UHGV virus genome: UHGV-0203461
DNA from: a virus
Length of the DNA: 50,795 nucleotides
Reading direction: 5' to 3' (one strand)
Shown here: positions 28,685 to 38,661 of the stretch, in pieces
How positions within the stretch are numbered: the first letter of the stretch is position 1
How the letters are laid out: each line of letters opens with the position of its first letter
The notes under the pieces: generated by a model
Database searches by the model: none
What the model saw: the letters and a program-made list of their open reading frames with translations, nothing else
Told to the model about the DNA's origin: nothing
Made by a program: the position numbers and the translations under genes

Positions 28685-30046
28685 CTAAACCTCCTTATAT
28701 TCTTTTATTTGTTCTAGCCAGTAATTATAACCTTCTTTTGGTTTAAATAAGGTTGATATTTTACCATCAGCTCTTCCAACAGCAAAATCATTAGTACTCT
28801 TTCTATATTTAAATAAAAAGTTATCTTTACTTAAAAATCCTTCTACATCATTACTTAATTGCTCTGATAACAAATTTCTTGCAGTAGATAAATATTCTTC
28901 AGCAGTTATATTTCCATATTCATTTAAGTGTTTTTCTACATGCTTTTTAAATTTCTTTTCAGTTGGGAAATCTGCTTTTAACCAACTCTTATTACTTAGT
29001 ATATCATCTTTTTTATCAGTTATAAATGTCTTTTCATACCATTCTTTATATTTCATACCAGATGGCAAATAATATGTTTTCCCATTGTCATCTCTTGCTG
29101 CTCTATAGCCTTCTTCATCCTCGAACCAAGGAGCTGTTGTTGTCCTACAACGACAATGAAATGGTGGAGCTGTTATTCCAACTTGATAATCTTTCATATC
29201 AAATATTTTTCCATCCAGCTCTCTACATATATTTGAAGTTCTTAAATCTAATGTAGCAATAATCTCATATTTCTCTACATCTAAATCACTAAAACAATCT
29301 TTTCTACTTGCTGATGCAAAGAAAGCTGATTCAGTCATTATCAAATTCTTAGCTTGTGATTTAGATACATTAAATCTCTTAGCAAAGTCATTTACTAAAT
29401 TTTTTGGATTTTCACCTCTAATAATTGATTGAGTTAGCTTAGTATGTAGTTCATTTACTAAAATAGGTCTATACTTACCCCAAATTCTTTCACTAAAGTT
29501 TAATCCATCTGTTGCCCATGGTTTAGAGATAATTTTATTTATTCTATTAGTATCAAGACTCATTAAACTCCAACCAACGTTTACTCCTTGTTGAACATTA
29601 AAAGCTGTATGATAATATCCACTTGTATAAATATGTCTCATTAATTTATCAATACCATCAAGTTCATTTCCATAAAGCACTTCCACTTGTTGCTGTATTT
29701 GTAACTTTAAAGCTTCAAGCCTTGTTATATGAACTCTTGCACTAGCATTTTCTAACTCTTTCATCCACTTTTGATTTATAGCATTTTCTTTACCATATTT
29801 AATATATTCTTCTACACTCCACTTAAACTCTTCTAGCTCCCTTTTATTTAATAGTTTCTTAGCTTCTAATAAAGATATTCCTTCGTTTTTAGCAAATCTG
29901 TTGTACCATGCTAATATATCTTTTTCTATACTATTCATAGCTAGTTTATATTGTTTTTCTAATTCAAGATAATATTTTATGCTCTTATTATTTTGTGCTT
30001 CTTCTAATTGTTCAAATCTCTTCTTCCAATAATCTTTATGTTTCAT
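28685..30046 (-). CDS. MuF/SPP1 gp7-family head morphogenesis protein with a ~100-aa C-terminal extension
   Basis: 453 aa. MuF core (ICRELDGKIFDMKDY...PPFHCRCRTT). Extra C-terminal domain of unknown function. Confidence 0.7.
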   Translation of the reverse strand: MKHKDYWKKRFEQLEEAQNNKSIKYYLELEKQYKLAMNSIEKDILAWYNRFAKNEGISLLEAKKLLNKRELEEFKWSVEEYIKYGKENAINQKWMKELENASARVHITRLEALKLQIQQQVEVLYGNELDGIDKLMRHIYTSGYYHTAFNVQQGVNVGWSLMSLDTNRINKIISKPWATDGLNFSERIWGKYRPILVNELHTKLTQSIIRGENPKNLVNDFAKRFNVSKSQAKNLIMTESAFFASASRKDCFSDLDVEKYEIIATLDLRTSNICRELDGKIFDMKDYQVGITAPPFHCRCRTTTAPWFEDEEGYRAARDDNGKTYYLPSGMKYKEWYEKTFITDKKDDILSNKSWLKADFPTEKKFKKHVEKHLNEYGNITAEEYLSTARNLLSEQLSNDVEGFLSKDNFLFKYRKSTNDFAVGRADGKISTLFKPKEGYNYWLEQIKEYKEV

Positions 30047-31481
30047 CTATAACACCATCTTGATTGTTAGGAATTACATTATTGTATTCTTGATTGCTAT
30101 CTTCCTTTTCTTTTTTAATCTGTTTTTCTTCTTCCTCTGCATTATCTACAAGCGGATGATTTTTTAAATTAGTCTTTTCTGATATTATTCCAACACTCTT
30201 AGAGCATATCTCAGCTAGTTCTAAATCATTTTGAATCATATTCCTAGTCCAAGTTTGTAAAACTCTTTTAGGCGAATATCCTAAATGTCTGCATATCATT
30301 CTTACTAGTTTAGCAAACCCTAATCTAAACTCTGTTTCCATAAGTCCTGCTTTTAATTCTAACAAAGTGTACAAGAATTTGAGTGCTACACCACTTGTAT
30401 TGGCAAAATTTTCGGGTTTAGGGTCAACTCCTTGACCTTGTACATATATTTGCTTTTCAGTTGTTTTAAGAAGTGAATCTCGAGCTTCAATTGGAATATT
30501 TATTGTAATTGTACTTAACCCACTCTTATCATCTGCACCACTACTTTGTAAATCAATAGTTTTATATTCTTTAAGTCCTTTTAAGAACTCTGTTAAGTCT
30601 GCACCTCCATAGTTTGTAAGAACAAAAATAACTTCTTGTATATCTTCAATATCATTCACAAAACCGCTATAAACTTTGTCATATACATCAATGAGGTGTT
30701 TAACATTATCTAAATCTCTTACCTCTAAATCATTGTTTAGAAATTCGATAAATGGAACTTCCCCAAAATTGTGTCTATATACATTAGTTTGAGTTTCAAG
30801 TTTATTATCTAAATTTTTCTCTATAAATTTATTAAGTATCTCCAATCCATTGATATTACTATTTCCATCTTTATTTTGATAAGTATAACAACATTCATCT
30901 GTCCAATACTCATAAATTACATATTCTTTTCCTTTATCATCAGTCTTTTTATATTCTCTAAGTACTGCAAGAAGCTTTCTGTTTAAATCTGATGAATATA
31001 CTGCTCTTATTTGGCGAGGGTCTATATTAGTATATTGAAAGTCGTTGTTATCATCCTCCCAAACATGTAACCATGCTTTAGAGCATATACTAGCATTTTT
31101 GCCAAGTGTTTTAGCTTCTTTTGGGTATCTATCGCTTAAAATATCAGTTATTTTTGAATTTATACCATCATCTCCAACATCAAATGTAGGAGGATAAGTA
31201 AATAGATATGATATTTTTTGATTCACTAAAAATCCAAACCAATTAAATGGTATTCTATTATCTGCATTTCTTAGTGGATTATTGGCTGTATTTACTTTGC
31301 CAACATTATTAGGGCTTCTATCTCTTATAATGTCATTTTCATTTTTATAGTATTTTTCAGCTTCATCAGCTTTTTTAACAAAGTTACTATGTTTACTATT
31401 AGTTTGTTCAATTAACTTTTTTATTACATCTAGTTCCAATTTATCACCTTCTTCCATTTGGAGTAAGTATTCTAACCCCAT
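30036..31481 (-). CDS. portal protein (SPP1 gp6-like)
   Basis: 481 aa, immediately downstream of terL. Confidence 0.8.
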   Translation of the reverse strand: MGLEYLLQMEEGDKLELDVIKKLIEQTNSKHSNFVKKADEAEKYYKNENDIIRDRSPNNVGKVNTANNPLRNADNRIPFNWFGFLVNQKISYLFTYPPTFDVGDDGINSKITDILSDRYPKEAKTLGKNASICSKAWLHVWEDDNNDFQYTNIDPRQIRAVYSSDLNRKLLAVLREYKKTDDKGKEYVIYEYWTDECCYTYQNKDGNSNINGLEILNKFIEKNLDNKLETQTNVYRHNFGEVPFIEFLNNDLEVRDLDNVKHLIDVYDKVYSGFVNDIEDIQEVIFVLTNYGGADLTEFLKGLKEYKTIDLQSSGADDKSGLSTITINIPIEARDSLLKTTEKQIYVQGQGVDPKPENFANTSGVALKFLYTLLELKAGLMETEFRLGFAKLVRMICRHLGYSPKRVLQTWTRNMIQNDLELAEICSKSVGIISEKTNLKNHPLVDNAEEEEKQIKKEKEDSNQEYNNVIPNNQDGVIDET

Positions 31482-32712
31482 TATTTTTAAGCTTATTATC
31501 TATAGAATACCTAAGAGCTGCCATTGCATCATCCATAAACTCAACTGGTTCATCAAGATATAATCCAGTTCTTTCGTCTTGTTTCCATTTCCATTGTTGT
31601 ATTTCTTTTATGGTATTAGTGCAACTAGGATGTACATGTATTCTTAATTGTTTCAAATAATCTATTTGAGCTTTAACACTTCCTGGTCCTTTTTTAACTC
31701 CTTTAGCTTTATATCCTGCACTCTTCCACATCTTAATTCTATCTGGTTCAGCACTATCACAGTACATAAATAGATTCTTTTCTAAACCTCTACTATTTGC
31801 AATCTTTATGATTTCAGAGGTATCCATCTCATGTACATATATTTCATTACATATATATAACTCTCCATCCTTAAAGCCAATTCTAAGTACTACATTTGCA
31901 TGGTTAAATCCAAAGTCTTGTGATAACCTCATATTATCAAAGTATTCAAATTCTGTAGGAAATTCATGTATAACATAATTTTTAAGTATTGCTCCACCAG
32001 TTTCTCCCCATTCTCCAAGACCATAGACTTTGTACCCTTCTGGGTCTTGCTCTTTTCTCATTTGCATTCTTCTGTAGTAAGCCTCATCTATGAATCTATT
32101 TTGTAGATAAGTACTATGATGAGTAAATATATCATCATTTTTATAGTCAAAATACTTTCTTTTTATCCAATGAGTAGCTGAGACTGGATTAAATGTAAAT
32201 GTCATTTGATAGTATAGGTTAGGATTAGTTAAAATACCTCTTAAACGGTCATCTAGTATGTCTATGTCACTTTCCATAAGTTCTGTAGCTTCTTCACACC
32301 AAACCCATGTTAATTTTCCTTTCGAGAAGTTAATTGATTTTAATTTTTCTCTTTGTTTTGCATCATTAACTCCTCTGAAAATTATAGAGTTACCAGTAAC
32401 TTTACTCTTAATTTCTAAAGGATTTAAAGTAGTTTTCCAATACTTATCAGCTTGTTTACCATAAATACGATTTATAGCTCCTGTAAGCTCTGCATACGTT
32501 GAATACTTATGTGTAGCTTCTGACTTTCTAACTACTAATAGATTAGCTCCTTGATACTTCTTATCTCCTAACTTTAGTATATAGTCTTGTGCTACATTAA
32601 CAGATTTTCCACTCCCTGCTGAACCTTTCATTGCTCTGTATCTTTTTTTAGTAAAATTAGCTTCCTTGAAATCTGGATTAAAATTTACTCTAACTATCAT
32701 TTCTATCACCAT
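31444..32712 (-). CDS. terminase large subunit (PBSX XtmB-like)
   Basis: 422 aa. Walker A motif GSAGSGKS. Confidence 0.9.
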   Translation of the reverse strand: MVIEMIVRVNFNPDFKEANFTKKRYRAMKGSAGSGKSVNVAQDYILKLGDKKYQGANLLVVRKSEATHKYSTYAELTGAINRIYGKQADKYWKTTLNPLEIKSKVTGNSIIFRGVNDAKQREKLKSINFSKGKLTWVWCEEATELMESDIDILDDRLRGILTNPNLYYQMTFTFNPVSATHWIKRKYFDYKNDDIFTHHSTYLQNRFIDEAYYRRMQMRKEQDPEGYKVYGLGEWGETGGAILKNYVIHEFPTEFEYFDNMRLSQDFGFNHANVVLRIGFKDGELYICNEIYVHEMDTSEIIKIANSRGLEKNLFMYCDSAEPDRIKMWKSAGYKAKGVKKGPGSVKAQIDYLKQLRIHVHPSCTNTIKEIQQWKWKQDERTGLYLDEPVEFMDDAMAALRYSIDNKLKNNGVRILTPNGRR

Positions 32713-33373
32713 AATCTACACTTATTTTCAACTCATCATCTCCAATATCATCTTTACTTAGGTTATCAACTTCACATTTTAACTTCTCAACTCTAGTTTT
32801 TTGCTCCTCTGTAGCCAAATTCCAATCCTTATGAATCATTTCATCATACTGTTTAATTAAACTTCTAAGTTCACTCATAGCTCTACTCTGTGCATTAAGA
32901 AAAGATGCTTGCCTATCCCATGCAAATTGAAATTCATACTCTATCTTCTCACCATTTTCTGTGCTTTCATGTTTCTTTAATTCCTTAATCATTTCTTCTT
33001 TGTCTTTAACATACATTATCTTCTGTGCTCTTATTATTGCTGCATATTGAATTGTTATCTGTTCCCAAAGAATATCAAATTTATCTTTTATAGATATTTC
33101 TTGTATCAATTCCCTAGTTTCTTCAGGTAGATATTTTGAGAAGAAACCAAACTTTTCAGCATTCTTATTACCAGGTGGACCAGTAGCATTTTTATTACCT
33201 ATGGGTGCACCCCTTTTATTTTTAGGTGCACCCTTCTTTTTTTCACTAGCCCAGTTGTATCTTTTAATCCATGACTTTAAAGTGTTTAAACTAATGTCAT
33301 ACTTTGCTGATATTTCCTTTTGTTTCATACCTTTTAGGTAATCTTGTTTTACCTTTTCTTTGACATCTTGCAC
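32690..33373 (-). CDS. terminase small subunit
   Basis: 227 aa. N-terminal HTH, basic Gly-rich linker ([28 protein letters not shown]). Confidence 0.7.
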   Translation of the reverse strand: MQDVKEKVKQDYLKGMKQKEISAKYDISLNTLKSWIKRYNWASEKKKGAPKNKRGAPIGNKNATGPPGNKNAEKFGFFSKYLPEETRELIQEISIKDKFDILWEQITIQYAAIIRAQKIMYVKDKEEMIKELKKHESTENGEKIEYEFQFAWDRQASFLNAQSRAMSELRSLIKQYDEMIHKDWNLATEEQKTRVEKLKCEVDNLSKDDIGDDELKISVDYGDRNDS

Positions 33374-33406
33374 ATCACCACCTCGTTTGTTTGTCGTTTT
33401 GGGAAT

Positions 33407-33439
33407 AAAAAAAGACCTAGAAATTAATCTGAGTCTTTT
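33407..33439 (-). terminator. Rho-independent terminator, copy 1 (AAAGAC-loop-GTCTTT plus a 7-T run on the - strand)
   Basis: 33-nt element repeated at 33487-33518. Only 33 bp upstream of the terS start. Confidence 0.4.
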
Positions 33440-33486
33440 CTACTGTCGGAGTTACCGACATCTAAAATTTATTAAATTTTTGTATT

Positions 33487-33518
33487 AAAAAAGACCTAGA
33501 AATTAATCTAAGTCTTTA
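33487..33518 (-). terminator. Rho-independent terminator, copy 2
   Basis: Near-identical copy, overlapping the 3' end of the small gene 33503-33700. Confidence 0.4.
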
Positions 33519-33700
33519 TTTTCCATATTTACTATATAATTTGCCATAAGCACTACTCCCCTTATCAATAAATCTTCACTAATAGCACTTTTCCCTGTAA
33601 AACTCTCAACATATTCAACTCCATAATCTAAAAATTCATCATCTGCATCTATATTAAATTCATCTAATTCTTTTATTATCTTTCCTCTTAAATCATCCAT
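33503..33700 (-). CDS. small acidic hypothetical protein (65 aa, MDDLRGKIIKELDEF...)
   Basis: RBS AAGGAG 8 nt upstream. The longer 114-aa track ORF is probably an over-extension. A further terminator-like hairpin CTAAGC-loop-GCTTAG plus T-run lies just upstream. Confidence 0.4.
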   Translation of the reverse strand: MDDLRGKIIKELDEFNIDADDEFLDYGVEYVESFTGKSAISEDLLIRGVVLMANYIVNMENKDLD

Positions 33701-34167
33701 ATTTTTATTCTCCTTTTTTAAAAATAAAAGACTAAGCTTGCCCTTGCTTAGCCTTTTATAATAGGGAGGTACATATATTATGTTGCAAGTTCTAAGAATC
33801 GAACTTAGATTAAACACCAGCCCTTGCATGGTGAGTGAGGTTACCAAGCCCCACTCGATTTAGACACCTGAATTAAGATACAAAACTGTATGAATTTTAG
33901 TCTCAATTCATATACTATTTTTAGTGTATCCGTAGATTAATTTAAATAGAAAAAAACTTAAGGATTGAACATAGTTAGAATTGAACTAACAGCATCCTCA
34001 TGCCCTGCCTAGTCTGTTCATATAAGCTAGAGTAATCCCTTAACCCTAGCCTAATATATATTTAGTTTTGAGAGGGAAATCTTTATTTCCACGATATTAT
34101 TATCTCATGTTTTTACCAATAAAAAGTCTCACGATAGTCTCCAAAAAGTCTCAAAATAGTCTCATTT

Positions 34168-34650
34168 TTAAGCTTTCCATGAAAAAATGGGTAATTCAAA
34201 CTCTTTTATTTTTGGATATAACATATCCATAATCTTACAAACTATCCTTTTTCTTATTCTAAAGCAATGACTTCTATCTATGTGCATAGCATTAGACATA
34301 TAATCCATGTTGATTTTTTCATTATTCATATACATTTCATTGAAGAACTCTGTTTCAAAGCTATTTAGACTTGTCAATGCACATTCTATAGTTTCTTTTT
34401 CAATCTCTAATGTTTTCTTATCTTCTTTTAATCTATTTAAATCTTCTTCTCTTTTAATAACTTCATTTTCAACACTTGAATTTATATTATAAGTTTCTCC
34501 AGTTTTTTCTTCATAACTTTGAGCTTTGCATCCACAAAATTCGTTTTCTAATTTTTTAATATATATATCTTTTATTCTTATTTGACTTTCTAGTTTTTTA
34601 TAGTTATATAATCTACCTTCAACCTCTTGAAATAGTGTCTTTTTATTCAT
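34168..34650 (-). CDS. ArpU/RinA-like late-gene transcriptional regulator (putative)
   Basis: 160 aa. Position directly upstream of the packaging genes. The C-terminal sigma region-4-like stretch is weakly evident. Confidence 0.35.
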   Translation of the reverse strand: MNKKTLFQEVEGRLYNYKKLESQIRIKDIYIKKLENEFCGCKAQSYEEKTGETYNINSSVENEVIKREEDLNRLKEDKKTLEIEKETIECALTSLNSFETEFFNEMYMNNEKINMDYMSNAMHIDRSHCFRIRKRIVCKIMDMLYPKIKEFELPIFSWKA

Positions 34651-34753
34651 ACTTCCACACTCCCATCAATTTTTTATGTTATAATAATATTTGTATATAA
34701 AAGTTTTATATTTTTGACAAGTGGAGTGTGAAAGCACCCCTTTTTTCTTTTTA

Positions 34754-35494
34754 TTAACAGAAATTATCTTTTTCAAAGAAACTAATCTGTTTTGTCTTTC
34801 TTTCAGATTTTATAATTCTTATTGATTCATCTATAATATTTAGGGATTTTAATAACACATCTTTTGGTATGTCTTCCCACTTATCAGCTCCAAGAATTAA
34901 TAAAGTTCTCTTTTTAACTAAATCAAACTCCTCATTAGCTCTAGGAATATCTAATCTATCTTTTATGTAGCTTGAAATATCATACTTAGTTTTGCTTGTA
35001 GGTCTATAATATTGTGAGGATTCTTTTTTAAATTGTTCTAGCTGTGCATCATGCTTAGTTTGCATTTCACATAATGCGTTACTTACAATATCATTAATTT
35101 GATTTAACTGTGTTTTTGTAAGATTGTTTGATACTTTGTATTTTTCTTCTACTGCAATTAGATATTTTCTATAATTTTTAGAATTTCTTTTAAGTTCTTT
35201 ATTTGCTCTTGGACTTGCTCCTGCTACTAAACAAATTTCTTTTGCTATTTCTAAATTTAATATATATTCTATTGCAGGTCTTCCGCCTTGTTCAGAGGTT
35301 TTCCCCTTTAAAGTGGAAAAGTCTATTCCTTCCGCTGCATCTACATTTTCTAAGTTACTTTTAATCCAGTCAGAAAAGTCTTTTTCTACTTCTAACCCTT
35401 CCCAAAGTTCCCTACCATCTACAACCTTTATATCTTCATCTGTTGTATATACTTTTATAAGTCCTTCATTCTCGATTAATTTTAAATTATTCAT
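34754..35494 (-). CDS. antirepressor-like protein sharing a C-terminal domain with 46518-47156
   Basis: 246 aa. The C-terminus RTLLILGADKWEDI...IIKSERKTKQISFFEK parallels LFLILGVEKWEDI...VIKSERPYKQLSYFEN. Confidence 0.5.
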   Translation of the reverse strand: MNNLKLIENEGLIKVYTTDEDIKVVDGRELWEGLEVEKDFSDWIKSNLENVDAAEGIDFSTLKGKTSEQGGRPAIEYILNLEIAKEICLVAGASPRANKELKRNSKNYRKYLIAVEEKYKVSNNLTKTQLNQINDIVSNALCEMQTKHDAQLEQFKKESSQYYRPTSKTKYDISSYIKDRLDIPRANEEFDLVKKRTLLILGADKWEDIPKDVLLKSLNIIDESIRIIKSERKTKQISFFEKDNFC

Positions 35495-35556
35495 ACTTAT
35501 AATCCTCCTCCAAATTATTTTTATCTAATGATTTGATAAACGAATTTTTCCGTTGT

Positions 35557-35964
35557 TCAACTAATATCTTCTAATATAACCTCAACTCTTGGTTTATCAC
35601 TGTAATATTTACTAGCTACAACCTCAACAATCTGTGTATCATCTTTATAAGCTATCTCATTGAGTGAATCAGCTATAATCTTGACCACATTATCAATATC
35701 TGGTTTTTTATTGGGTCTTAACACATTATTTCTTTTCTGCTCTTTAATCTTTTTACTGTTACTTTTTGCTATAGAGTAATAACATCTTAAAGTCATTTTT
35801 ATGTATCCAGTAAAATAATGTCTAACTTTAGATTGATATAACCATTTTATTAATTCTTCATAGTCCTTAGTTTTCTGTGGTGTATAGGTCCTTTTAGTAG
35901 CCAAGTTAAATCTAGGTCTTTCTTTACCAACTGGTTCTCCATCTATTACAAGAAAAACTTTCAT
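35557..35964 (-). CDS. rusA: RusA-family Holliday junction resolvase
   Basis: 135 aa. GKERPRF...KPDIDNVVKIIADSLNEIAYKDDTQIV motifs. Confidence 0.75.
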   Translation of the reverse strand: MKVFLVIDGEPVGKERPRFNLATKRTYTPQKTKDYEELIKWLYQSKVRHYFTGYIKMTLRCYYSIAKSNSKKIKEQKRNNVLRPNKKPDIDNVVKIIADSLNEIAYKDDTQIVEVVASKYYSDKPRVEVILEDIS

Positions 35965-36089
35965 TTTTTCACCTTCTTAGCCTTCTTCCTACATTCTTTA
36001 CAACAATAAACATCCTTAGATTTTTCTTCAAGATAAAATAACTTACCACACCAACTGCATCTTCTTCGTTTCATAAGCTCACTTCCTAT

Positions 36090-36431
36090 TTAGCGTAAAT
36101 CTTCTAGCTCTAAGTGAGAGTTTATTTTTGTTAGTTCTTCTTCTAGAACTTCCAAACACTTATTTTTATTTTTTAAAATACTATTTGTAGAACGGCATTT
36201 TACTGTAATACCAGTTGGAATATGAGTAACTTCAACAGAATAATCTTTACTTTTCACCATTTTCAAATCTTTAGGATGTATAGTATATCCGTTTTCTAAT
36301 TTATATAGCTCATTTTTACCTTCAATGTAACTTTCACACACTTTCAGGTTATTAATTTCAATTCTTTCAAGCATACACATATCTTCAAAGTAGTTTTTAC
36401 AATTATAATTTTCACAATATATATTAGCCAT
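36090..36431 (-). CDS. hypothetical Cys-rich protein
   Basis: 113 aa. Confidence 0.3.
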   Translation of the reverse strand: MANIYCENYNCKNYFEDMCMLERIEINNLKVCESYIEGKNELYKLENGYTIHPKDLKMVKSKDYSVEVTHIPTGITVKCRSTNSILKNKNKCLEVLEEELTKINSHLELEDLR

Positions 36432-36524
36432 TTAACGCACTCCTTTTATAAGCCAAAGTAAGTCTATAACATTCTAGTTTCATTTATAAACTTCACTTTG
36501 ACTATTTAAATTATTTAAATCTTC

Positions 36525-36878
36525 TCAATAGAAATCTACACTTACTACATCTATCATATTGCAGTTTCTGCATCTAAATTCTATGATGTCATTTGCTACA
36601 TCAAACATTCCTATAGCTACATTTTTACTTCCGCATTCATTGCATGCTATATCAAATAACTTATCTTTATGTGTAATATTTTTAAGCAAATATAGATGTT
36701 CTCCCTCTAGCTCATATTTTTTTACAACATTGTTAATTTCATTTTTATTTAATTCTCTTTTACCTCTGTTAATTGCATATATATCCTCACAACTAATATT
36801 TAATCTTTTAGCCATATCAGATATGTATTCGCCTTCTTCTTCCCTTATTTCTCTAATAAGCTCTCCTAGTTCAGTCAA
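36525..36878 (-). CDS. HTH plus zinc-ribbon protein (putative DNA-binding)
   Basis: 117 aa. N-terminal HTH-like, C-terminal CNECG...CRNC. Confidence 0.35.
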   Translation of the reverse strand: MTELGELIREIREEEGEYISDMAKRLNISCEDIYAINRGKRELNKNEINNVVKKYELEGEHLYLLKNITHKDKLFDIACNECGSKNVAIGMFDVANDIIEFRCRNCNMIDVVSVDFY

Positions 36879-37061
36879 GATTTACACACCTTCTCTAGCC
36901 AATTTTTACATGCTTCACTACAATTTTTACTTTCACAATCTCCTTTATTACTTTTACAACTGCCACAAATCTCTTTTCCAAAACTTTTATATACTTCTCT
37001 TTCATCAAGATTATTTGACTTGCACATTTCTTTATTAGTCATATGAGCACCTTCTAACTTC

Positions 37062-37388
37062 TTAATTCTCTCCTGTAACTTTAATCAATGCTTTTTTAAC
37101 TTGAGCAATTTCATCCTTAAATCTATCAAAACTTATCTCAATTTCTTTTCTTAACCATTCGTTCATATTTCCATCTTTGAAAACTATTGGAATTTCAATT
37201 CCATCTTTTCTAATAATAAAAACTTTTACTTCTTCACATTCTTTTAGTTCTTTTAGATAACTCTTAATTTCTTTTTCATCTATTTCAACTTTTTTCATTA
37301 CTTTACTTGCTGGTCCAAGCTTATTTAATACAAAATTATCTTTATTTTCCATTGTAGCCCCCTTATTTTTCATTATAGAAATTAACAT
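37062..37388 (-). CDS. hypothetical protein
   Basis: 108 aa. Confidence 0.3.
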   Translation of the reverse strand: MLISIMKNKGATMENKDNFVLNKLGPASKVMKKVEIDEKEIKSYLKELKECEEVKVFIIRKDGIEIPIVFKDGNMNEWLRKEIEISFDRFKDEIAQVKKALIKVTGEN

Positions 37389-38367
37389 TCTTAATAATTA
37401 TATCTATAGACCCATTTTGATTTTGTCTTACTGTATATTTCATTGGGTCCTCAAAATCAGTTAAGTTACCTTTTATTTCAAAACCATTGTCAGTTTTTAT
37501 ATTTCTCTTTTTAAGCTTTTTTTCAACCCATTTTTTATCTATGCTAAAACTTTCATCAAGACCCTTTTCTTCCATATGTTCTTTAAAACTATTTTTTAAC
37601 TCATCATCTTTAATTGATTTATCAACAAAATCTTTTATATCAATTTCATGCTTTTCTTTCAAAGTATAATTTAATATACTTCTTATGTCCTCAGCTTGTT
37701 TTATATCATTTCCAAGAACATTAGTTATCCAATTTTCAACTGTATCTTTAAACTTTTTAGTCCTATACTTATCATCTTTCACTCTAGTAGCATTTAGAAA
37801 CTCTGTAACAAACTTAGAATTAGCTTCTTCCTTCTCTGCATCCTTATCCAATACTTTTAGATGATATTCGTCATTCATTCCACTCAATCCAACCAAAGCA
37901 GCAATTTTAACCGTCTTAGTCTCTTGTATATTAATTTCATTCTTAGACATTTGTATATTAAATTTATCATCTTCAAAGCTAATAGAATGAGTATACGAAT
38001 TATTGTAATCAAGCTTTAATATAGCAACTTTCTTTTCATCTTTTTGAGAGTATAAGCAAATTGCTAAGTCGCAAGATTCTAATATAGCATTCAATTTCAT
38101 AACATCAAATAAATAAGCTGCAATCTCTTTAGAGTTATTTAAAAATGAACTTTCATCATAAATAATTTGTTCACAACACTTCTTAATTAGATTGTTACTA
38201 TAGTCATTAAATACTGCTGTTCTGATGTCATTATCTCTTGATACTTTGCTTATTTTCTTTTGAAAGAAAGCTTCAATATCTTGACTAACCCTACCCTCAA
38301 AATCATTTAGTATTGGTGTATCGCTATTCTTATCTAAAACATGTATTATAAATTTGTGTATTATCAT
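37363..38367 (-). CDS. nucleoid-associated protein, NA37/YejK(NdpA)-like (tentative)
   Basis: 334 aa. N-terminus IIHKFIIHVLDK fits the NA37 family start. Length is typical. Confidence 0.35.
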   Translation of the reverse strand: MIIHKFIIHVLDKNSDTPILNDFEGRVSQDIEAFFQKKISKVSRDNDIRTAVFNDYSNNLIKKCCEQIIYDESSFLNNSKEIAAYLFDVMKLNAILESCDLAICLYSQKDEKKVAILKLDYNNSYTHSISFEDDKFNIQMSKNEINIQETKTVKIAALVGLSGMNDEYHLKVLDKDAEKEEANSKFVTEFLNATRVKDDKYRTKKFKDTVENWITNVLGNDIKQAEDIRSILNYTLKEKHEIDIKDFVDKSIKDDELKNSFKEHMEEKGLDESFSIDKKWVEKKLKKRNIKTDNGFEIKGNLTDFEDPMKYTVRQNQNGSIDIIIKNVNFYNEK

Positions 38368-38585
38368 ATTTCAATTCCTCCATCACAATAATATTCAGCC
38401 ATTTTTTGACTTCTAGTATCTTTTATAACTTCTTCAACTTTATCTATTGTTATAAATAATATCTTGTCATCTTTAGCTAATAATTCTGCTTTTTGTTTTA
38501 ACATTTCTTTACTACCATATGTGTAATGTATTCTTCTATTTTCTAACAACAATCCCATTTGCCATCTGAGTATATACTTTGACAT
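38364..38585 (-). CDS. hypothetical protein
   Basis: 73 aa, overlaps its neighbours. Confidence 0.3.
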   Translation of the reverse strand: MSKYILRWQMGLLLENRRIHYTYGSKEMLKQKAELLAKDDKILFITIDKVEEVIKDTRSQKMAEYYCDGGIEI

Positions 38586-38661
38586 TTATTCACCCCTTAT
38601 TTTCATTTGAGAGTTACAAAACACTTCAAAAATATTCATACTAAAAGACATTTTGCAACTT

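Noticed and set aside
33503-33847. Full 114-aa extent of the track ORF
   Set aside because: The N-terminal extension runs through terminator-like hairpins and tRNA-like structure and has no RBS. The RBS-preceded internal ATG (MDDLRG, 33700) gives a 65-aa product.
33780-34035. Complete tRNA gene or tRNA-borne att site
   Set aside because: Only acceptor and T-arm-like halves can be folded. No anticodon or D arms, and the integrase/attP region is 30 kb away. Kept only as a low-interest structural observation.
36559-37038. + strand 159-aa ORF
   Set aside because: Antisense to the - strand early genes, low-complexity translation, no RBS.
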